A DNA stretch of 64,000 nucleotides, taken from IMG/VR virus record IMGVR_UViG_3300012663_001306, positions 50,409-114,408 of that record, one strand, 5' to 3'. This document shows positions 58,001-64,000 of this stretch, piece after piece. The DNA comes from a virus. Both the position numbers and the translations under genes were made by a program. Numbering within the stretch: the stretch's first letter is position 1; the number at the start of each line of letters is the position of its first letter. The notes below the pieces were generated by a model that did not search any database, was not told where the DNA came from, and saw only the letters and a program-made list of their open reading frames with translations.

Positions 58001-60345
58001 TTAGAATAAGTTACGGTTGTTACTGATGTAGATGTTGTGGAAAAATAATTTGTAAACGTTGAATTAATTGATACTGTAACTGATTGATTGTTAGAATTAA
58101 TTACATTATAAATTTGATCAAATTTATTAATTCCACGTATTCTTATTTGAGATCCGGGAGAGTATGGAGCAATTCCTCGATACGGAAAATAAATTGTACG
58201 AACCGTTTGAGTATTAATTGAGTAGGTTAATATATCTCTATCAAATGTCAAATAGGGTGCAATGTTATAACTTATATTTGGAGTTGCTCCGTACACTGGG
58301 AAAACATTGTCTCCAGGTATGTTGAGATCTTGAAAAATACTTAATGACCCGTTTGTAGCTGTAGGAACTATTCCGTCGCCAGCTACGTTCCTGTCAAGAG
58401 ACAATTTAACTCCTCTTAAATTAGGAGTAAATGATTCTGCAAAGAATAAGTTTTCTCTGGGATATTGTACTTCGTATGGTAACTGTACTGATATTAAATT
58501 GTTAAACACCGTTGTTCTTGGATAGACATATGGGTCTACACTTTGTATGGTTGTGTTACCAGTTTTGTCATTAGGAAATCCAGTTGCAGGTTCCGCACTT
58601 TCGGAGGTAACTCCGTCAATACTAATTGTTATAGTATTAAGAGTAGCTTCGAGAACCAAAAATACTGCGCTATAATTTTTAGGTACATTTTTAACCTGTA
58701 CATATTGGCCAACTTTGAAAGGTAACACAAACGTTTGATTAGGTGTATTTTGTACAGCAAAATACAATTTGTATACGTAATCTGTTAAAAATGTACCTAA
58801 ATAATCTCTATCATATATATGATATCCGACAGTATCAGCAAACAAGTTACTCTGGCCTGTTAATTTTATTAATGGACCATCAGTCAATCCCTGATTACTA
58901 AATGGACTCATTTGTTCTATACTTCTGGGATCGGTTACTACTGCAGAATCATACGATCCACCAGTTATTGTTGTGCCGGTAGATATTCCAGGTATACCGC
59001 CTATGAATCTTCTTAGATCTCCTAATCGTATTCCAGAGCCAGTTGAAACAGCTTCTATTCTTGTTGGGGATCTTCTTAAATCATTAACTGACCTATATAC
59101 CAGAGACGGCCGTAATTTATCAACAGTTCTTCTAAGATCGGGTACTATTGCAAATTGATAGAATCCACTAATTATAGTTGTACCCGTAGATATTCTAGGT
59201 ATACCGCCTATAAATCTTCTTAGATCTAATCGTATTCCGGTTCCGGTTGTGATAGTGTCTATTCTTGTTGGGGATCTTCTTAAATCATTAACTGACCTAT
59301 ATACTAGAGAAGGCCGTAATTTATCAACAGTTCTTCTACGATCAGTTAGCATTGCCATATCGGTCGTTAATCCACCCAATATTGTTTTACCGGTTAATCC
59401 CGGAATACCACCTCTAAATTGTCTGAAATCCCTTAAAAATACTCCAGTTGCTGTGTTTACTGATTCTACTCTTGTTGGTCTAGTTCTTAAATCAGTAACT
59501 GATTTAGCTGTAGCTCTTGATAATACTTTACCTGATCTCGATCTGTTATCGGTAACTGATTTAACTGTGGCTCTTGATAATACTTTACCTGATCTTGATC
59601 TGTTATCGGTAACTGATGTAGCTGTGGCTCTTGATAATACTTTACCTGATCTTGATCTATTATCAGTAACTGATTGAACCTTAATGCCAGATGAGATTTT
59701 ATTCACATAGTTGTATGTAATAGTGTTAGGCACAATACCTAGTGACGCATAAGAAACAGCCTGCGTTAATTGATAAGGTGTTGCTACTGAGCCTAATTCT
59801 AGTTGAGCTCCAAATATTCTTACTGTACCCGATGTAATTGCTCTAACAGGATACACTATTACACTCGAAGTGTTTGCGGTAAATGTTGTTGTTACTCGTG
59901 TCCAGGATGAAGTTGTTAAACTTGAAACATAACTAGATGTTGATGAAATAAAAGTTCCTGCAGAATTAGTAACAGCATGTCCTACATTGGCCGTTCCTCG
60001 TTTTGCAAAAAAACTTAAAGTATAAGTAGTGCCAGAGGTCACAGCAACAGACTGTCCCACGGTTGATGTTGCTGAAAACAATGTTACCAAAGATCCTGTA
60101 GATGCAACATCGGCACCAACATCTATTCTATTCCTAACTGCAATAATATCTTGATCGTATGTATACCAATCGGCAGTTTGATACTTGGTAGAACTCATCC
60201 ATGCGGTGTTAGACAAATTCTGACTGAAAAGTAATAAGTTTCTAAATGTTCCGCCGCTGACAGGGGCTATGTCAAATCCTGAAAATGGATTTAAGAATTG
60301 GGTACCGGTGGTACACCCCGGAGCTGGAAATACTAATGCTGGCAT
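52003..60345 (-). CDS. Very large repeat-rich protein (2,780 aa), probable virion component
   Basis: N-terminal RNLLLFSQNLSNTAW...GAQLELGSVATPYQ carbohydrate-binding-like domain. Many LQKQLFNLRTDNNL and NPF[KR]IPADRTQVF[FY]TP repeats. TAAATA 6 nt upstream (60352-60357). Confidence 0.8.
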   Translation of the reverse strand: MPALVFPAPGCTTGTQFLNPFSGFDIAPVSGGTFRNLLLFSQNLSNTAWMSSTKYQTADWYTYDQDIIAVRNRIDVGADVASTGSLVTLFSATSTVGQSVAVTSGTTYTLSFFAKRGTANVGHAVTNSAGTFISSTSSYVSSLTTSSWTRVTTTFTANTSSVIVYPVRAITSGTVRIFGAQLELGSVATPYQLTQAVSYASLGIVPNTITYNYVNKISSGIKVQSVTDNRSRSGKVLSRATATSVTDNRSRSGKVLSRATVKSVTDNRSRSGKVLSRATAKSVTDLRTRPTRVESVNTATGVFLRDFRQFRGGIPGLTGKTILGGLTTDMAMLTDRRRTVDKLRPSLVYRSVNDLRRSPTRIDTITTGTGIRLDLRRFIGGIPRISTGTTIISGFYQFAIVPDLRRTVDKLRPSLVYRSVNDLRRSPTRIEAVSTGSGIRLGDLRRFIGGIPGISTGTTITGGSYDSAVVTDPRSIEQMSPFSNQGLTDGPLIKLTGQSNLFADTVGYHIYDRDYLGTFLTDYVYKLYFAVQNTPNQTFVLPFKVGQYVQVKNVPKNYSAVFLVLEATLNTITISIDGVTSESAEPATGFPNDKTGNTTIQSVDPYVYPRTTVFNNLISVQLPYEVQYPRENLFFAESFTPNLRGVKLSLDRNVAGDGIVPTATNGSLSIFQDLNIPGDNVFPVYGATPNISYNIAPYLTFDRDILTYSINTQTVRTIYFPYRGIAPYSPGSQIRIRGINKFDQIYNVINSNNQSVTVSINSTFTNYFSTTSTSVTTVTYSNTRINSATAGTTTFTNNRTDITELGSSTMTEIFNAGYPETIELDNGYYNLFPPFSLLFDGQIYENYALGTNSAIYFGQYAEASWIDDQGNIDVPYDQWSPSFLGPADLFVNGLYISSYNNKSSQIFVKTDGAPGSQTYRIRFEGYGFTSETGTPTLVWEAAFYEDPTNPGVGNGVIDIVLIADSRRGRGVTGAANGFFWLEPGDHRTPLPLGGIPTVTTATSTFTITTSTLASSFISTSAFPVISNMTIEKVFGSVYEQKYVSTLVAPTNPRETLYYANIAPGYRYNLSIVSGQIIASDNNLSYTGKIASAARLKGLPTFVVSSGDLKTTRKLADGAFILATPDTYIPKIAISFSQTSVVTTTQPVYPREILYYINIGQGTRLNRSIVYGLGNTIGMPPDDRRSSGKLASMNKLQSDISIRNSGNLQKRLFNLRTDNNLIFDVDKLSAITKLRTDNNLTFDVDLINPFKIPADRTQVFYTPTISSLPKELFNLRTDNVSAFAVNMLQKQLFNLRTDNNLAFRADKLFAVTKLISDNNFRFSGDTLQKQLFNLRTDNNLTLTFNAGAIQNPFRIPADRTQVFYTPLLSKLTAATLVRSSTNLPQVSKVSAVTKLITDNNFRFSVNMLQKQLFSLRTDNNFRFSVNMLQKQLFSLRTDNNLTLTFNAGAIQNPFRIPADRTQVFFTPLLSKLTAAAVLRDSSTIISVGKTLSINTLKTDANPIFTANTLQKQLFNLRSDNTSGVTVSTLQKQLFNLKSDLTYFWNTISYIERSKQSAFNNQTLFLPTNLGKLQTAATARSISSIIYSGNLSKPITAIKEPSYNLNLGKTQSMSVLRADRQNVLFNVNDLEKQLFKLRTDSSLTFNTGAIQNPFKIPADRTQVFFTPTLDRLTSNAVLKADQKNTLFDVNNLQKQLFNLRANSNLTFNTDTLQKQLFNLRTDNSLKTSVDKLSIITPLRTDSNLTFDVDLINPFKIPADRTQVFFTPTLDKLTANAVLRADQKNTLLDVNNLQKQLLNLKTDNSLTFGVDKLSIITPLRTDSNLTFDVDLINPFKIPADRTQVFFTPTLDKLTANAVLRADQKNTLLDVNNLQKQLLNLKTDNSLTFGVDKLSIITPLRTDSNLTFDVDLINPFKIPADRTQVFYTPTISSLPKELFNLRSDNNLTFNVNRLSVITALRTDNNLIFDVDKLSAITTLRTDNNLTLTFNTGAIQNPFRIPADRTQVFFTPLSSKLTSNTTLKSSLTLLTVDKLTSAITIRQDYKFLSSLTIGAIERGKLLNANQSSLFYAPLSSNLKSVSYLKSDNIRFNIDTLQKQLVTIRDAQTTLSVDKLTSAIVLTSDKILLNINTVEKQLFNLRTDNNLTLTFNTGAIQNPFRIPADRTQVFYTPELSKLTSTSVLRDITHGLFVGKTTAITLLRTDSNLAFDSDRIEIFKTPADKTQVLYAPLLSKLTANSILRDTKIELSLGRTASTTVLRSDNVFFDIDTLQKPLVNLRTDSNLAFDSDRIEIFKTPADKTVVFYTPDIARITANTVLTADRTIRNADMLQKQLYVLKTDTALFKVGLANRGFVLRTDDPNAFNLTQIGNFEKAKDNPNKYQVLFLPATLGKVSPGLVVRSIARNIVVNKLLAPIKVKADAGQPFIAYSRVTDYYNQNNYSLITAPDSPRARLQYQKIAPGFNYSHGIQQGRVLSPTPAKVNPDNLSNFDNIGVATDPFLAIIKSTDPVVSVIGRTPTYTTNVLLWYINEADVLKAVPIGSPVLTLYFEADYSIPNRFPAGSTVRIFQSVAGGYNVDVQVLSSDGGSITIENISNLPPISGMTIRRIGTGYPVTVYFTNNLGLPRPYYPGTYVKLTNNVNGQSTTALVTDSGNNYVTVNKLTNGFYLEVSGRGTIAGASVPIFRRSDVKTTLAPTNPREMLYYAEMAQGYKYGRMLSTFGNSLAINTVDPKLSSLQKQINKVFAVNVSLITDGRIVKFQTGAGKNGQNGIVDVAAPKKEPIQFWN
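54579..55167. repeat. Perfect 240-bp (80-codon) tandem repeat, about 2.45 copies
   Basis: Lines starting 54601, 54841 and 55081 are identical, as are 54661/54901, 54721/54961 and 54781/55021. Confidence 0.95.
59491..59673. repeat. 57-bp (19-aa) tandem repeat x3, SVTDNRSRSGKVLSRATxx
   Basis: Visible in both DNA (gctcttgataatactttacctgatct) and protein. Confidence 0.9.
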
Positions 60346-60360
60346 AACTTATATTTACTC

Positions 60361-60396
60361 AAAAAAATAGCTGCCTTATAGACAGCTATTTCTTTT
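60361..60396 (-). terminator. Intrinsic terminator after the 1,131-aa gene
   Basis: Minus strand AAATAGCTGTC-TATAA-GGCAGCTATTT followed by a T-tract. Confidence 0.75.
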
Positions 60397-60410
60397 TGTT
60401 GACTTACCTA

Positions 60411-63400
60411 TTAAGCTGGAATAGCCCAACGGAAGTTGTTTGGATACAACGCTGATGTGTTAGCGGCAATAGCACCAGTATCTTCTAAGCTACGTGTACT
60501 TTGGAAGTTAGTACCGGCTAAGGAGAATCTGAATGTACCAGTTGTTGCTGTAATAACCCAATGGTCGGCGGCAGTTTGTGTACTGTCGTAGAAATCATTT
60601 GAATCAATTGTTACAGAAACAGTATCCATCAATGTACCTAGCGCACTTGGAATAACTTTCAAGCCGTATATACGCCCACGGATATCTGGATCATAAGCTG
60701 GTCCAAGGACAACTACAGGACTAAACATGAAACGCTTGCTGTTGTATACGTTGGTATAAACAGGAACTAAGTGACCCATGTGTGGAACTGGAACAGAGTT
60801 GGCTGTTAGAGTTGCTACACCTGCACCAATTGCCGTGGTTGGTGCAAGATACGATGCCCCAGATCCGCCAATTTCCCACAAGTGTCCCCAACGACCTGTT
60901 GTAATTGTAGCGGCACTATAAACGTGTGCATTTAATCCAACTAAGTCACCAGTACTTAAACGTAGTCTTGGTACAGAGAAAATACCACCGTGTACGGCTT
61001 GTGTGTAGCCGGTTGTAGGTGCTGTAGGAGTTTGTGCAGATCCAACTGGGAATCTGTTACCGTTGAAGTAGGCAAAGCAAGGCCATGGACTTACACCAGG
61101 TGTACCAGAAACTGGGTTACCAGTAAAGATAGAAACACCAGTTGTAGAACCTAGACCAGTACCTGTGTCTTCAGGTTGTGAGCGTTCAAATTCAACGCAA
61201 CCTAACCAAGCAAGTTGTCCACCACCAAATGTCTTACCTTGTACAATGAAGTAACGTGGTTTAGCAAACAAGTATAAGAATCCACCTGTTGTCTGTACCA
61301 TGGCTGTTTGATCAACAACACCGCTTAAGATAGTTGAAGAGTCAGACTGGTCAGCTCTGTTAATACCTACACCGTTAGTTTGATTGTGTGCCGCTGTCCA
61401 ACGCTCGTAAACTGTGATGTTATAAGCAGAACCAGATGTACCAATTGCTGTACCAGAACCACCGCCTTGTGCTAGAGGGAACATTCTGAATCCAAAATAT
61501 TTACGATCTAAGCTGGTGTTGAACAATGTTGTAGTTGCTTCAGCACTCTTGTTAGGAGCACTATATACAAATTCTATATGGTCAGTTGCGGCCGCTGCCG
61601 TGTAAATTGCAGGTGGTACAAAGCCATTACTATAAACAGTATTTTTAATACTGTGGAATAGTGTCATGACAGAACCAGCAACTGCTGTAATCTGTGTATA
61701 CAACGGCGTTGTACGATAGATTGGACTGGCAACAACAACTGCCTGTCCGAATGCAGTTACTAATGTACATGCAGTATCGCTGGCAATGGATGCAACAACT
61801 GCATACTGTCCGCCAATACAAATTTCAGCACCAACGTGTAGTTGAGTAGTGAACTGTGTATTAACTCCAGTAACTGCTGTAGTTGACACTGTTGCTTGTC
61901 CTGTTAGAGGCACAGCCGGTCCGCCAGCACCTTGAATCTTAATAAACTGGAATGGAGCGAAGCTGGTTGCTGTAGCCACGGTAATTTGGTTAGCACCAGC
62001 CACATAGTTTGTACCAGTTGCAACTACAGAAGTTGTTACAACAGACCATTTGTTACCAGTAGCGGCGCCTTCGCGTGTACCTTCTAGCACAAATCCGTGA
62101 ATCTTTTTCTTCTTATACACTGTGGCACCAGAAGTGCTATGTGAAAAGTCTATATTAATTCTAAACTGTGTTGCGCTGAGAATTTGAATAACTGTGCATT
62201 CAGTGCCGTCGATGATTAAATCATCACCAACACGTAGTTCAGTTGTAAAGCTCGTACCAGAACCAGTGATGTATGTGTCTTCACGGTGGAATGGTGCAGT
62301 GATCTTTGTTTCAAACAATCTGCCGATTGCAGTACCGCTATAACCAGTGTAGTCAGTTAACCATGCGTTTGTTGCTCCGCTTGCGCCAACTGCTTGAACA
62401 TAGTTAAAGTTAAATGTTCTTAACTCATCACCAATCCATACTTGATCACCAGTTACTAAGTCCCATAGGAAGTTAGTATTAGTACCCTGAACACTGCTGT
62501 TAAAACATGCTGCCGCAGAGATAGTAGTTGCCACGTTGGTTGTGTATGCACCAGTTCCGCCACCTACGTAAAAACTTACAGATGTACTTGATAAAGCACC
62601 TGTTAAGTTTTGGCTTAATGTAACTGTAGTACCGCTGATTGATGTAACATATGTTCCGTTTGCAATACCTGCTACAACTGCACCGTTACCGCATATTAAA
62701 TGACCAACTACGATACCAGTAGCACTTGCCACGGTAATTGAGTTAGTACCGCTTGTACCTGTAGCTGTTGTAGTGGCTGCGCCAGCACCAGTTGCACCGA
62801 ATTGTTGATTAACAATGAATGTGCCTGCTGGAACACCGGTACCAGTAATAATTGCGCCCGGAATAAACACACCAGAAACTGTTGCGGCAACCGTCAATGT
62901 TGTACCAGAACCTGTGGCACTGGTTGTACCATAGAATGCACCAACTGTACCTGTAGCATTTTGCAATGTACCGCGTGGATAAACTTTATAGAACAAGTTA
63001 CTGTCAGTAATATCCATAGCATAGTTCAATGTCAATGCTGTGTTGCTTTGAATAGAACTAATAGTTCTTACTTTTCCGTTAATTATGATTGTACGTCCGC
63101 TAACACCGTTTGCGGCTTTGGCAATAGTAGCTCCGCCCGAAATAGCGGCTACTGATGTTAATGTAATCGTTGCGGCAGTGTCGCTTGTTACTGTAGCAAT
63201 AGTATAGAAAAATACTGCGCCGTTTAATGTAATAGAAATACTATCGCCTGGATATAAACCATTAACGGTACCAGCCTGTGATTGGAATGTTGTTCCTGTT
63301 CCTGTGATAGTACCATCGGTACCAAGTGCAACTGTTCCAGAAAGTGCTGAAGTTGTTACTGAGTTAGTTGCGTCCGATAAGAAGAACGTGCCAACTCCTG

Positions 63401-63806
63401 TTACAGTAGCAGAACCGTTAGTAACGGATACTACACCGTTTGTATCTCCTCTTACTACTGTAGTAATTGTACCAGATAATGTAGTATTAATTACTTTAAC
63501 CGCGCTTGCTAATGTGATTGTAGGGCTGAAGCCCGCTGTCACAGTGAATGCAGTGTCGCTAGTAACCCCAGCGACTGTACGCATTTGTCCTGCGATCATA
63601 ATAATATCGCCTGCCCTTACCTGTGTTGTGAAAATTGTACCAACGCCTGTGACGTTTGTACTGGATGCGGTAACGTATCCTTGTAGTGTATCGTTCCTAA
63701 TCCAAGTGTCCATTAGCTGAAAGGTCGGCCATTGATCTTGACCTGTTGCAAACGGGCCGTAAGTTAGTGATGCACTATTTCTACCTAATTCGTTGAGTGT
63801 TGCCAT
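60411..63806 (-). CDS. Tail fibre/appendage-like protein (1,131 aa) with repeated VTGxGTxFxT...GDxI modules
   Basis: At least 6 copies of TG.GT.F......GD.I.I.G....V..V.SDT. Thr/Gly/Ala-rich. AGGAG SD; TAAATA at 63854-63859. Confidence 0.75.
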   Translation of the reverse strand: MATLNELGRNSASLTYGPFATGQDQWPTFQLMDTWIRNDTLQGYVTASSTNVTGVGTIFTTQVRAGDIIMIAGQMRTVAGVTSDTAFTVTAGFSPTITLASAVKVINTTLSGTITTVVRGDTNGVVSVTNGSATVTGVGTFFLSDATNSVTTSALSGTVALGTDGTITGTGTTFQSQAGTVNGLYPGDSISITLNGAVFFYTIATVTSDTAATITLTSVAAISGGATIAKAANGVSGRTIIINGKVRTISSIQSNTALTLNYAMDITDSNLFYKVYPRGTLQNATGTVGAFYGTTSATGSGTTLTVAATVSGVFIPGAIITGTGVPAGTFIVNQQFGATGAGAATTTATGTSGTNSITVASATGIVVGHLICGNGAVVAGIANGTYVTSISGTTVTLSQNLTGALSSTSVSFYVGGGTGAYTTNVATTISAAACFNSSVQGTNTNFLWDLVTGDQVWIGDELRTFNFNYVQAVGASGATNAWLTDYTGYSGTAIGRLFETKITAPFHREDTYITGSGTSFTTELRVGDDLIIDGTECTVIQILSATQFRINIDFSHSTSGATVYKKKKIHGFVLEGTREGAATGNKWSVVTTSVVATGTNYVAGANQITVATATSFAPFQFIKIQGAGGPAVPLTGQATVSTTAVTGVNTQFTTQLHVGAEICIGGQYAVVASIASDTACTLVTAFGQAVVVASPIYRTTPLYTQITAVAGSVMTLFHSIKNTVYSNGFVPPAIYTAAAATDHIEFVYSAPNKSAEATTTLFNTSLDRKYFGFRMFPLAQGGGSGTAIGTSGSAYNITVYERWTAAHNQTNGVGINRADQSDSSTILSGVVDQTAMVQTTGGFLYLFAKPRYFIVQGKTFGGGQLAWLGCVEFERSQPEDTGTGLGSTTGVSIFTGNPVSGTPGVSPWPCFAYFNGNRFPVGSAQTPTAPTTGYTQAVHGGIFSVPRLRLSTGDLVGLNAHVYSAATITTGRWGHLWEIGGSGASYLAPTTAIGAGVATLTANSVPVPHMGHLVPVYTNVYNSKRFMFSPVVVLGPAYDPDIRGRIYGLKVIPSALGTLMDTVSVTIDSNDFYDSTQTAADHWVITATTGTFRFSLAGTNFQSTRSLEDTGAIAANTSALYPNNFRWAIPA

Positions 63807-63885
63807 TTATATGTTCTCCTATGTGTTAGTTCTCAGCTAACCAAATTGTCTTATATTTAGTTGTAGAGGCAATAATACTAAGTCT

Positions 63886-64000
63886 TTACACATTATAAAG
63901 CCCTAAACTAAAATTGATTCCATTACCCGCTACCACGTTTACTGTTAAATAATCATTGATATTTATCACATAATTTAATGAACTATATGTATAGGTAATA
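63886..64000 (-). CDS. 3' end of a gene entering from beyond the window
   Basis: Open frame ...ITYTYSSLNYVININDYLTVNVVAGNGINFSLGLYNV* ending at TAA 63888-63886. Confidence 0.55.
   Translation of the reverse strand, partial: ITYTYSSLNYVININDYLTVNVVAGNGINFSLGLYNV

Noticed and set aside
1-64000. Alternative genetic code (stop-codon reassignment) as in some huge phages
   Set aside because: Code 11 gives dense, full-length genes, and TAA, TGA and TAG all end genes at sensible positions.

Overview
This 64-kb window looks like part of a large (jumbo-type, T4-like) tailed phage genome. Evidence: dense AT-rich genes, giant fibre and baseplate-like proteins, a T4 gp30-type ATP-dependent ligase, and a recurring TAAATA late-promoter-like box. 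The host is probably a proteobacterium (inferred from the IscU, IscA, ErpA and IF-1 sequences). (i) 1-31.2 kb, minus strand: virion/appendage genes. These include a >5,179-aa protein missing from the ORF track (about 22 Ig-like repeats, long Gly-X-Y collagen-like tracts, 7 copies of a ~120-aa domain), two more collagen-like proteins, and Mtd_N-, PA14/LamG- and gp9/10-type proteins. A plus-strand two-gene module with a divergent QueC-like enzyme interrupts them. (ii) 31.2-34 kb: Zn-finger, HNH nuclease, IF-1, DNA ligase. (iii) 34-45.6 kb, the most interesting part: an iron-enzyme island with two fatty-acid desaturases, two Fe(II)/2OG-type oxygenases, ErpA/IscU/IscA, a DUF3050-like protein and four tandem radical SAM proteins. 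The rSAM genes are translationally coupled to a 71-aa protein ending in alternating cysteines (CDCQCQCNC). That protein shares a gapless coiled-coil+HxH module with a neighbouring 151-aa protein, making this a candidate phage-encoded RiPP-like or virion-protein modification system with its own Fe-S supply genes. (iv) 45.6-48.7 kb: SleB-type cell-wall hydrolase, membrane protein, glycosyltransferase-like genes. (v) 48.7-64 kb: more large structural/repeat proteins. No tRNA, rRNA, CRISPR array, integrase or transposase was seen. All family calls come from motif recognition by eye, not database searches.
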